From: Tubiluchus corallicola
Taxonomy: Eukaryota > Animalia > Priapulida
Direction: 5' to 3'
Length of the DNA: 64,000 nt
Assembly (NCBI GenBank): GCA_030141605.1
Contig: JAQGDQ010000080.1
Span: 641,756-705,755 of the forward strand
Below, one piece after another: positions 1 through 13,000 of the stretch; the stretch's first letter is position 1, and the number at the start of each line of letters is the position of its first letter. Position numbers and translations under genes: made by a program. The notes below the pieces were generated by a model, which worked only from the letters and a program-made list of their open reading frames with translations, was not told the origin of the DNA and did no database searches.

Positions 1-59
1 AACCTGTAGCGAATAAGTAGTCTTTCTATTGATAATATGATTTTTTTCATTTTTTACAG

Positions 60-3000
60 GCATAATTTTCCAAGTTTTGAACACTCAGTGATTGTAGCGA
101 GCAATGATATTAATGAAGATACTTTGTATTCTCTCAGAGAACAGGTTAGGGTCATGCTCTGAAATTTCAAGGGGCTTAAAAAATTAAGTTTTGTTATACC
201 ACACAGGCCTCATATTCAGAAGTTTTTCTTATTGGTTTTGTTGTGCTTTTTGTTCTTGCTGTCATCACCATTACTTCCGACTGTGCCAAAAAATAAATTT
301 TGCCCATGGATGAAAACTTAAAACAAACACAAATTTACTGCAACAAAGTTAAATTTTTTGTACTTTTTAATTTCTTTATAATTATAGTGCTAGGGAAGAT
401 ACGTAGAAAAATGTCTAAAATGTCCACTTCTGGTAATAGTTCGAGAATTGATGTGCAACAGTTTTTGAATATGCTGAATTTAAAAAATTGTTGAACTAAT
501 AATTTAGTGAAGTAATAATGTAATAACTGTTTCAAATTAACTTGAATGGAATTTTCTAGGGACATTCAATAGATTGCTATGGTGTTGGAACTCACTTGGT
601 AACCTGTCAGAAGCAACCAGCTCTTGGCTGTGTGTACAAGGTAACTGCAACTTTGAACAACTTATTTTTTGCCTGAAAGATTTTTGTAGGGTAACTAAGT
701 GATATCTAAAAAATTATTGTGGAAACAGTTACGTTCTTACTAAGAAATTTTAATGTCTTTTACAAGACTTCACTAATGATCAGAGTTGTGAACATTCTGT
801 TCAGAGTTTAGCTTTAGACCAAAGACCAGACATCATTATCATTCTGTAATACCGTAGTAAATCAAGAAAAACCAGTGTTGTTCCATAGTTGAAGTGGAGA
901 TTTTTGCACTTAAGTTTCAGTTTGCCTGAACGTTTTTGCATAAGTAAGATTTTTCTATGAAATTTCTTTGCTAAAATTTTGCACAAATATATGATTTGTC
1001 CCGTACTTTTTCAAAAATAACGTATTTTTAAATTTTGTAAAAATTTAATCTACAATTTTTTAAGGGTTTTTGTTGAGGTCTTTAGAGAAAATATACCTTC
1101 GAAATATGCCTTAAAGCATGTAATATATGTGCAATGTACAAGATAATTTACTTATTTGAACAAAGATGAATTTTTTCACTTATTTGTTCTATCATTTTGA
1201 TCTGTTACATAAAATGTGTTATGCAACTGTTATTAATTTTTATATTTTATCAACTTTTTAGCTGGTCGAAATTGAAAATGAACCCAAAATTAAGCTGAGT
1301 CAAGATATTGAAAAAGTGACCATTCCTGGAAAAAAAGAAATTTATAGATTGTGTGGCAAAGATGGTATGAAAAAATATTAATTATAATACTCTTTTTTCT
1401 TATATTGTTTTTCTTATATTTGCTTTGAAACAAAGCTGTCCATTTTTGATCTTATTAAGGACAGAGGGTGTAGTATCTGCTTACACATATATGAAAAGGG
1501 ATAATAAACACAAGAACGTGTCCCATCTATTGCCGTGCAATGGTCCTGTAGGTAGCTAGGTGGATACACATGGGACGTAACATTAGAAAAACGTTAACTT
1601 TAACTATTTACCCAGCGACAAAAATTATCACTGGATTTATGTGGATTAAACAAATTTTAGCAATTCTGAAAGCGTGTATTGATAAAATAATTGTGAAGGG
1701 AAAATGTCAAACTTGCCAATATAAACTGGTGACAATCATAGACCTACTATTTACTTTAATTTTCATTAAGCACTTTCATGGGGCGTACTAGACAACTAGA
1801 TTCCAGAAAAATACTAGGATGAAGCCTCTTGTAGGCCATCATATGCAAGCTTGCATGTCATAACTGTCACAAATTCCAAGTTTACATGAGAATTTGCCTA
1901 TAACTAATATGAAAAAAATGTTTAATGTAAATTTTGTTAAACAGTTACAACTCAGTTAAATACAGTGTATAGGCCTATTGCAGCCAAAAAGTTACAGTAA
2001 CACTGCATGCAAAACAAAACAAAAATGACAAGAAGGGAAATGGCCGTACGACCATTAAGCATTGTATGTGTCTAACATAAAACGTTATGCTGCTTGTCAA
2101 AATTAATTATTATTGTCTCTTAAAGGATTCTTTTTTTAATTGATACATGGATTCAGTTCACCTCAGCACTGGATACATGTAAACATGAAGATGTGGTGTA
2201 GGCCTTGGCGAAAGCATAAGTAATGTTACACATGACTTTTTATCACAGTATTGTAAATGTGTCAGGAATTAATTGTCGTTTCAGGAAAAGCATTAATTGA
2301 TTTGATATCACGAACAAATGAAAAGCCGCCTAGCCCTGGGATGAAAGTGTTGTGTCGTCATCCATTCCAGGAAGCTAAAAGAGCTTTTGTTGTACCTGCA
2401 AAAGTAGAAACTTTGTTGAAACCTTTCTGGAGAAATGGACAGGTAATTTTTTTGTTGGCTACTGTATATTGGTCAACTTTCATCTGACGGTTATTTTTCT
2501 ACCTCTTACATCAAGCTGCTATAAAAACTGATCAAAACAAATACAAGCGGGGAATATTTATAGTGTGCAAGCTAATGCTGAAATAGGCTCCTAAATAAAA
2601 ATTAGCTTTTTTAAGTCTTGTCTACCGAAACTGCATCAACAGTGTACAGTGATCGCAACAACGTACTGTACACTGATCGCCACTTTGCATTAAAATACCA
2701 TAGAACAATAAAGTATTTTGGCTTTCATATTACTGGTCACTGTTTGCTTTTTTAAAATGTTGAAGCATACACATTTTCTGTCACTAAAGACTTTTCATTA
2801 ACAGCTGTTTTTAAGTGCCATAAATCTTCTAAAAATTACTTCACATTAATTATCATGTCGTAAAACAAATCCATGTTAAGTATTTGTTTTGGCATTGTAA
2901 ATATCGTAAAAAAGATCAGCAGACAGTGTTCATTGGTTTCCGAATGAGTTGCTAGCGAGAAACACTGTTGTACAGAATGCATTATGATACAGATTTTTGA

Positions 3001-4147
3001 TAACTAAAAACTTTACTTAAATGCATGGTGTTGATTGTCCTGGATTAAGCTCTACGTGCTGATTAGGCAGCCCCTAAATCAATACTTATTGAGTTAAGTG
3101 GACAACCATAATGTAATACGGACAACACCTCTGGTGGCATCTCTAGTTTCTCCTGTGAGCCGGTTGACATGCAACTGTTGCCGAGAATGACATGATTATA
3201 TGTGTTACGCTTTTTCACTACAGGGATAAAATGAAATAGATCCTTTTTGGAGAACGAAAGCAACGAATAGAATCGTTTTAATTTGTTACTAACAAAGCAG
3301 TTATTATTGAAATAATTTTAAAAGCTACTTACAGCATAACATTTGAAATTAATTTTTGCAGAACACTGACACTAATTTGGCAGAGCACTAACATCGTTAA
3401 AGCCACAGATACAAATAGTAGAACACATTACAAGCAATAATTACTATAATTATTGCAAGGCACAAATAACAAACACTATATATCAGCAGCAGTTATAAAA
3501 CGTATACACATAAAAATCAAAAGCACATAAGTCAGTACAAGCACATGTACCAACCTATCAATCTACACTGTACTCATAATGCCTGTAGGCTGTTTTCCTA
3601 ATATAATTGCAGTAAGTTCCAGAATATTGTAGAAAAAGTGTTGAATTCCACACAACGTTATGCAACTATGGTGTGTGGATGTGTGACGTCATTCAACAAT
3701 TTTTATCAATGAAGCAGAGGCTCATAACAATGTGCCACTAGTTTATGTGCTGTCACCCTGTAAAAAAGCCTGGACAACTATGATCCAGTTATGCTGAATA
3801 ACCTTTCTGTCATAAATAAAATAGATGCCACAAGTTAGCCTGATTTGTGGATGAGTGAGGAGGTAAAGAGTTGCAGCCTTCATCATAAAAATTTAACAGC
3901 ATCTAGCAGCAGTTTGTTAAAAATGTTATGCTGCATACTTATTAATAAATGTTAATTATAGATATGCCAGACGATGCCAAATTTAGCAGAACTCCGTGGC
4001 CGAGTACAGGAATCACTGAACAGTTTGCGAGAAGATCACAAACGAAATCTGAATCCGACTCCTTACAAAGTTTCTGTGACAGACAAATTGTACCATTTTC
4101 TGCATGATATGTGGCTAATGAACGCTCCTATTGGGGAGCTTTATTAA
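60..4147 (+). CDS. NAPRT: Nicotinate phosphoribosyltransferase, last 5 coding exons (5' part lies upstream of the window)
   Basis: Exons 60-144, 560-640, 1262-1364, 2285-2442, 3962-4147, all GT-AG and phase-consistent. Translation ...[70 protein letters not shown].../[16 protein letters not shown].../[18 protein letters not shown]...NAPIGELY* carries the characteristic C-terminal motifs of eukaryotic NAPRT. Confidence 0.96.
3655..3770 (+). mobile_element. Degenerate Mutator-like (MULE) transposase fragment in a NAPRT intron
   Basis: Frameshifted translation [10 protein letters not shown]...FYQ...[13 protein letters not shown] resembles the MULE core pattern W-x-x-DGTF...FYQLY...PLVYxLLxxK. 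Short and decayed. Confidence 0.35.
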
Positions 4148-7100
4148 AAGCTTTACTTCTGATTTCCAGCTTATGTACGTTTACCCGGTAAAATGTGATT
4201 TTAACATTAAATCTGCCGCGCATAATATAAATGTGATATACAATTTTTCTTGTAACACGGGTCATCCAAATGTAGATACTTCGAATTCATCTTGGTGTAT
4301 CAGTGTGACATAAATTGTCCAAAAGTGACTAAAGCTTTGAAAACCAGGAAAATATTTTTGTGATTTTTTTAATTACTAAATTTTTGCAAGAAGCACGCAT
4401 TTTTGGCTAAATGTTTAGATGGTTAGTCATTGCTGCTACTTAGTGTCTATAATGTAAAACCCATGTTGAATCTTATAAACATAATAATAATGTCCATTGC
4501 TAACCTTAGCATATTTCTAAGACTTCTATTGCCCATCATAAAAAATGGCTAGCGGTTTGCTGAATACAGTAAAAAGGTATGTATGAGTCCATGATGTGCG
4601 AGCATTTTGTATAATCAAATTGCTGCTGTTTTGTTGCCTTTCAGCAAGAGCATCTTCCTTCATTTTCATCACAATTACTCGTCCGTAAAAGGTGAGCAAG
4701 TTCGTGGCGTATGAGGCTTCTGGGATGAATTCTTACGTCTGTATTGGTTTTGTCCAGTGTTAGTTCAGGCTGACTTCAATTAAGTTTAGGGTATAATTTT
4801 CTATTTCTTCACCTACCAAGTGCATGCAAAATACTTCCCAAGATTTGATTACTTTCCACCAATGTACGAATATTCTTTTTATAATATTGTAAGCTGTTTG
4901 ACTCCTAAATAGTTTGCAAGTGAAATGTAGTACTACCCTTTACTGTATGATTGCAGGATTCTTGTTTGTCAACATGGGGAATTTTTTGTTAGTACATGGC
5001 GAAAACATAAAGCGCAAGGAAATGCTGTTCTTGCACAAAGCTAAAAAAATTGTCTAGTGATTTTATGTCATATACATGCGGCCTTATTGCATACAGAACT
5101 CGTAATGGCAGCAGTGTTGTAGAAACTGTAAACACTTAAATTCCCATAATTAAGCCATTTTAACAGTAAATCAATTGAAACATGTTTAGATAACATTGCA
5201 TAATCAAAAAAATAATCAGAAAGATCTTAGCGCACACTTCACTAACTAGGAAAAGTATAAATTACTTCTTTTGTCAGTAAGATTAATAATATGTTTTTTG
5301 TTGAACAGATGATGTTTTGTCAGCTGGTGTGAACATTTAAATTATTAAGAATTTCTTTTTCAGTTACATATATCTTTCAAACAGTGTAAATGTAATGCAA
5401 AGTAATATAAATTTATGTGGAATGTTTTTTGAAACATATTTTAAAATTTCTTTTTCTTCCCTGTTAATGAAAGCTCAGACCTAGGCTACATCCACTAAGT
5501 GTTATGAAATGTAAGACAGATTTCAAACAAACTGTTTTTTTCATCTTAAAAATGCCTATTTTATTTTCATGGCCTAAGCCATCGTTAAATAGCACGATGA
5601 TGAATTATCTTTAAACTAATCAAATAATCAGAAATGAATGTAATCGCAATTTCAAGCTTGTCACATTTGACTGACCTGTGTCACATTTGGATGACCTAAA
5701 AGCAAATACTTGGCTACATCTCTCAGAATTAATATCATTGTTGTCACTTTGGATGACCTAGTTGCATTTGAATCACCACTATAACATTTGATATTACGTG
5801 TGTCCACGTTTGAGTGGAAACCTATCTAAAAATTTCTTTACAAAATACTCATTATCGTATGTGCATTATTAGTTATAAATCATATGTTGAATTATGCAGA
5901 AAGGTGAAAACTTTGTGCAAACTTGTCTCTGTATGACACATTAATAGCATCATGCATACATGCAATTTTGATGTTTTATGTATTAGCAATACTTATGTTA
6001 GCGTTCATTATCGTATTACGTTGCAGTTTTTTGGAGTTGTCATCACTTTAACTACTTAATCTTACTGATATTTGTAGTATAAGCAGTTTTCATTGATTAT
6101 GATCATGAGTCTAATTATCCTGGGCACCAGTAAGAAACTCGCCCCATGAACTGTTCTTGTTATTATTTGGCAGCTAGTTTCTACAGAACATATCAAAAAT
6201 GACATGATCCTCAATATAGTAACATTAACATGTGAAAAATATTGTCAGTTTTCAGACAATAATCAAATACTTTTTTCATTGCAAGGTTTTAATGATTGTT
6301 TAGAGTTCTACCATTCTTGTGTTTATGTAAAACTGTGATTTGATTTAATTCAGTTGATAGTGTAAAGAGAGGCATATTGTTGTACTAATATTGTTGTGTA
6401 ACAAATGGTTAGATACCACTTTAGGAGATTAGTTATTGCATTGTTACAATTGCCTAAGCTTCAAAATAGAGGAAACAATGGCAAAAAAACTAGGTAGCTT
6501 GGCCCGCTAAATCACAATATTCCACAGGTATTACTGCACAAAGTTTTGGCAAAAAAATAGGGTTGACTTTATTTTTGTAATGAGATCTTCAATGAGACCT
6601 TAATAGGAGTAATAGTAATGTTTTCATTTATCTTAATATACTAGACTGTACGTTCTTCATTGGTTTGTTTAAAAAAACTACCTCTTTAATGTGTCCGACT
6701 GAATGTCATGCTGCATTTTTACAGTGCATTGGCAAACCACGATATTATTCATTAACCTGCTTTTTCAAATTATTGACGCTTTATATACATAGTTTGAGAT
6801 GCTGATTATACAGCGAATAATATGATGGTTTATAAGTAAACTAAAATATCAATCACTGCAACTATTACAAGTGAGTAAAATAACGAAGTCTCACAGGAAC
6901 AATAGAAGCGTGACATAGCGAGTATGAATTTGCCATTGAGTACATTTTCTTGTTAATAGTAAGTGCAAATGTGGTAGATTTTTTAAATGTAGGTGTGCTT
7001 GTTGCAATGTTGTGTTTAGCCGACTGCACGTCAAAATATCAGAAAAAAATGCAACATGGCATACTGTTGGACAGCAGTACTGAATTACTGCTCAAAAAAA

Positions 7101-9197
7101 TGAGTATTTACATCGGAGATGTATATTATCAATAAATATTTCCAGTTGTATGCCACAGCAGGGATTAAAATAATAGTTGTTATTATCAGGAACATTCCCT
7201 GATGATTTCAATTTTTGCATGTCAGTCAGAAAGTATCGTTAGATTTTTCTAGAGCATGTATTCACTTGCAGTCATTAACAAGGCTAACAATTACAAATTA
7301 AATATTCTATGTTTTAAACTAATTTTTGACCGTAGGGAAGGAAATGTCAAAAAGTTGAGACAACCTAAATTTGAATTAGGGGCCTTTGCATTACAAGCTA
7401 GTGTCATCACTAAACCACACCACACCGCCACACTGGAATCCTTAGTAGCTGGCCTACCAATCCAACATTAGAGATTTGCATTCGAAAAGGTAATAATTGT
7501 GAGCTACTTCCATTATAAAAAAATCATTACTTGATAAATTTGAAATTAAGATTATAAATGTTAATTTCCTACAATAATTTCAGGACAAATTAATTCAATT
7601 AGTTAGCAAATACGTTAGTATGAGTACATTGTAGTACTTGGAAATGTTGGATCGGTGGCAAACTGTTGCAATTGTTTTAAGGCAGTCTCAAGAGACTGAG
7701 TAGTCAATGGTATTCGTTTTTCAATGCAAAAAGACCCAAGTTCAGTCTTGACTTTTTAACATTTCTTTCATTTTGGAAACTTAATAGCCGACTTTGCGTT
7801 TTGCAAATTGACAAACTTTCTGTTACAAACCTTTAAATAACAAGTTGTAGTTACGTTTCTCTAATTGCCTAAGCTGTAGGCTCACACTATATTATTTATT
7901 GAACACCTAAAAATAGTACATTTATTATTAGTTAGTAATTAGCATGTTTGTAGAGTAGGAAAATTTAATTATATTATTCATTTTCTTGTTATTGCATATA
8001 TTGTTAGTTGTTAATTCAAATCATTACCGTGATTCTCTCATTAGTGAACCTTCTGGTCACAGTTACTCAGTATGCTTGTTTTTTGGCTTTTATTAGGCTT
8101 TTTCTACCCCTACAATAAGCTAAAAGTCATAATTTAAACGAAAATAAAGGATACAAAAAATGAGAACTGTGTTACACTTCTCCTCCTGGCCTGAGACAGT
8201 TTCCTGGTTTTTGAGTAAAAGTTACAAATTCTTCAATGCTGTTTATAGTTATAGAGTGTAATCAGTTGTTAAACAGATCTATGTATTGCATCATGTATAT
8301 TTAAAAAAACGTATGTAGCTAGCAAAGTATATGAATGTCGACGTAAACTGGTATTGTTACGTTGACAAAAAGATTAACTTGATTTATTTTTGTCTTGTAT
8401 GCATTATACAATTTGAAAGAGATATAAATTATATTATATTCGTGTTGTACAATTAAATTTTATCTATACTTTTTTAAGTATTTACAGAATATGTATTGCT
8501 TGGTGAGTTTGAAATCTAAGCAAAGTGAGCTAATGTTGTTAAATGCTTTGTTTGCATCTCTATGCGATATATACAGGTATAATCATTAAATTTTGCTTTT
8601 ACGTGGAATCTGCCTAATATTAATGTGGCAGCATAAAGTTGTTTCTGCTCGTCTCATTTTTGTGATCTATAGACTGTGCTGTGTAGGACTATTTTTTTCT
8701 ACTCATGCTTAAATGTCCAAGTGTGCTTTCTCCATTAATTTTTTTTTGTACATTCCTAGTATATTTAATAATTGCTTTATTTAGAAGGAACTGTTTTTAG
8801 TAATGTCACAGCCCAGTTTCATTAATTTCATTCAAAAAATATCATTTACATAGTCTTCAGTACTCAATTTGATTAGTTTAATCTGTAATAATGAATCCTT
8901 TCAATAGATAATGTGCAGCGCTTGCCGATACACAAGAGAAGCAAATGCATGGTTATTGTTATTATAATGAAATTGTAAAATGGGATGCCTTTGTGTCCTG
9001 TACCAGCATCTTGATACTTCAGCTATTTATCTTTAGTAACATTGATATAGTTTTAATATTGGTATCTATATTTCATGATGCATGTAGTTGTAATATATAC
9101 AAGGTAATATTGTTGCTGTTGCACAAGCTTTCTGTTGAATACATACATACACGCTAGAAAAAACAAAATTATTGCTCATTAAAATGTCAAAATAATT

Positions 9198-9203
9198 TTT
9201 ATT
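9198..9203 (-). terminator. Putative polyadenylation signal (AATAAA) of TAF5L
   Basis: TTTATT on the + strand about 840 nt beyond the TAF5L stop, at the point where strand composition changes from T-rich to A-rich. Confidence 0.45.
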
Positions 9204-10040
9204 GTTTGTGTCCTAATGTAAAACATAAGATACATAGCAATGAAACCAAAATATGAACAGAAATTCATCATTACTATACACTGTACAAAATGGCATGCTT
9301 AATTTTTAACAAGCAATATAAATACAATAAAAAACCCTCAAACATTAACAAAAATGCTCATTTTCCTTTTTTCCAGTTAACTACAGCTTTAAGACTAAGT
9401 ACAGCCTTAAGATAAAGGAAAGAAATCAAATGTCATTATTGATAAGCTGGCAATTTACTACACAAAAAATATAAAAAAGCAATTTTTTAGTTTGACTCAC
9501 TGGTATACAAATTACGATCAAGTCTGCTTAACCGAAATCTGGTTAACTCATATCAGCTAACAAGTTCTGACTGGTTTATATGCATGCGCGTTGGATGTAT
9601 GTATAATCGCGTAAGTCCTCATCTTATACACTTAGCCACCAATGATTTTCTTCCGTCCCCTGAGATACGAATTAAGCAGAATAACTTGTACTAGGAAAAG
9701 ATGTTTGCATGGAAAGACTCATGAAATTCTCACAAATATATATGCACGAATCTCTAGTGGATAAGGAATACTTTTGATGGTCATTCTGGAAAATACGTAT
9801 GGCATTAATTTTCAGAAAATGGACATCAAAAAAAATTTATTATCACTGTACACCTAAGTTCTTGCACACCTTTTACACAAAACTTCCTATTATTATGTTG
9901 TAGTAAGAATAATAACAACAGTTTATAAAAAATAATAAAAGGTCATAAAAACAGCAGTGCAGAGAGCATTACATATAAATATGTTTGAAATATTAATTAT
10001 AGTGGTATAATGATTGACATGACCTAAAGTTGAATATGCA

Positions 10041-13000
10041 TCATGAGCAAGCAGCTACTGCACTAAGTAGATTATACTTTGCATAGTGAAGATGAAGAAT
10101 GTTTGATGACTTTGAAGGGAACGAACCAATCAGCTCTGGCGATGCTATACCATCTGCAGACCTGCATAGAAAGAATGCAAAATTAGACCGCTATACATAT
10201 TGATCTTACCGCAAAAGTATATGTCAAGTACATTGTAATAATATGTATGCATATATTCGTATGTTGTATGTACATGTATGGACATAATATACATGTACTA
10301 CTTATAATCTAAGTATATATATATGTGTGTGTGTGTGTATGTATACAATACAGTTATATTATAAAGAATGTCGCTTAATTTCAAGTTTATTAACTTCAAC
10401 AATTGTTTTGTTGTAAAGGATCATCTTGTAAATTAGACACTGAACAGGCAGTACAATTACACATTTGCATCCGTCTACTTCCTCCTTTAATGAAATAAGT
10501 AACAATGTAGAAGAAACAACGCAGAAACAGTTTTACTAGCAGTCACCCCTCCACGTCGTTCATTTACTAATTGGGCACAACACTAATTTTTTGGCCAAAT
10601 GCACACCATGTCCGCTCGGCATTTCCTTTGCATATGAATTTTGAAAAATTACAGACAGCACTTTTTACCAGCACATAAGTAGCTGCCAGTCTCGACTTGC
10701 ACAATTCTGACTTTGTGCTGTCCTTGCACAAGGTGTCTTACTTATTCAAGTCCCTACCACAGTAGCCTGGTGGCCCTATCAGGAAAACTGACCTGAGATG
10801 AACAGTAAAAAATATTAGTTATTGTAAGGTCAGATAGGCTACTGCATGTCTGCACACTGTCATGTCTAACGGCCAGTAATTGGTCTCTCGGCTTCCTAGC
10901 AAGTTGAAATGGCTCGTAAATAAACAGCAATCACGGGATAAACCCATTAGGTCCTGCAAATATGCAGATGACTACACAACACATCTTTTTTTAAATATGA
11001 GCAATAACAGAAAAAGAAAGACAACCAATTAGTGATTCTTCTAAAAACTGCATATTCTTCGAAGCTTCTGAAAACCTAATATTCTCTACCGAATCCAAAC
11101 TGAATTATTCGGATCGGTCACAGCATAAAACTTTCATTTCGTTTCATGTTTTGAGATTTAGCAGAAAATGTCTTGCCACCTGGCTCAGTGTAAGAGTACA
11201 CACTATCAGAAGAAGGTTATTAATTGCTAGAAAAAGCATGTTGCGTATTTGTTACACTACACACGGCACCACTCAAACAGGCCGTAAAATGTTAAAATGT
11301 GCCACCTTCCCAAATTAACATATGTTTGCAAGTTCAACTGACATTACAGCTTTTGCAGTTTTGCAACCATATCACTACAGGATCAAAGTTTATTCTGTTT
11401 ATGATATTAGCTTATTAGGTCTAAGCACACCAGTGTAGTTAGCAATTCTTTAGCTTGCAGAGACGATCAACGCTTCACAGCTTGTAAATTGAGTAAGAAG
11501 AAATCTTCAAGTGATTTACTTCAGAAGTTTGTATTACATCACAGTTTTTACATACTACCTTAATAAAACAGTTTAATAATGCTAAACAACTCCGCATTTC
11601 ACTCTATATTCTGCTATTTTCTAGTTTTACAAGCTCGCTACCTATATGCTAGTATTCAACTTAAAAAATAATAATTATAACGGCATAACAGCTACAAGAT
11701 TTTTATTATTAAAACAACAAAAGCAAAAGAAGTTACAGTGTGAATACATAAATTAATATTTTGTTCGGTTTGCTTTGGTTCGGGTTTCAAAAGTATGATT
11801 GGGATTTGATTCCAATTTGAAGGCAAAAACTTCAGCAAATATAAATTCGGCTATTTTAGGTTCACAGCATCACTGCAACTTATAAATGACAGGGTTAAGT
11901 TTAGCAAGTTAAGCAGTATGCTTTGGCACACGATGACACAGGTCAGCATGACTTATATTAACAAACACAATTATACATTAACCACTTCTTATTACGAACA
12001 AATCACTCTGTCTTAGCACATTCTGCATTATCACAAATTGATAATAAAAAATACTTACGTGTTTGATAAAGTTGTTTTTCGCACATCCCATATGCGTACC
12101 ACATTATCCATGCCACCTGAAAAAGCAACAAACAAGCTATGCGGTAAAAAGCACACAGTCTCGTTTTTAAACATCTAAAATTGCATTGGATTTTACGAAA
12201 TTAACAAAGTTAACAAACTACCATCATTCATTGGCAAGGCCTACTTGGTAATGTAAACTGTAAAGAGTGGTGCATAAACGTTTGCTAAAACAAAATATTA
12301 CATAAAACTATTGCTGAAACAATAGAGAATCTACTATGCCATCAAAATTTAGGCCTATCATATCTCTCACAGCCTGCAGTCTTGAGGCGTATGACCAAAG
12401 CAGCAATCTGAAAACTCTAGAATTAATTTTTCCGGTCAAATTGAATATCCGGGAAATTCACCGCCTCAGCTCCAAATTAAAGCTAACCTGAAAGGCAAAA
12501 GGGATGCTAAGAACATACCACTGATTGATATTCAATGGACAAGCTCATGAGACATCTGCAAGACACGTTGGAGGAACTTGAGTTCTTCTAAATTTCTGCT
12601 CCGTTCATACCCCTCGAGACTGCAGACTGTACGAGACGCGAGAGGCTTTCATGTTAAATTTTGAGCACAGGGTATAACTGTTTCAGCAATAGCTAAATGT
12701 AATGTAATTGTTCAGTACTATTACAGGTGTTTTTGGTTTCCACTAATAAAAGGTTAGGTAGATAATTGTGAAGGAACAGTCATGACAAAATAGCTCATTA
12801 AGGACCATCAACAAATAAAAAGACAGGGCAACAGTCAAATGAAAGTGCACAAAAGTAGTTTTTACAGCAGCCAATCATACATTTACTGCTCAGACCTGAC
12901 ATCACTTAATCTAACAGCCAAGCATTCAATGTCAAGGAACCAGTCTTAGTAGAGGCAAAGCTATTTCTTGCTCTTTAATAAATACTGTTATACCTGATGC

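Noticed and set aside
5660-5780. Short GTCACATTTG/GATGACCTA repeats as a CRISPR-like array
   Set aside because: Only 3-4 degenerate, irregularly spaced units in eukaryotic DNA; probably a MITE remnant.
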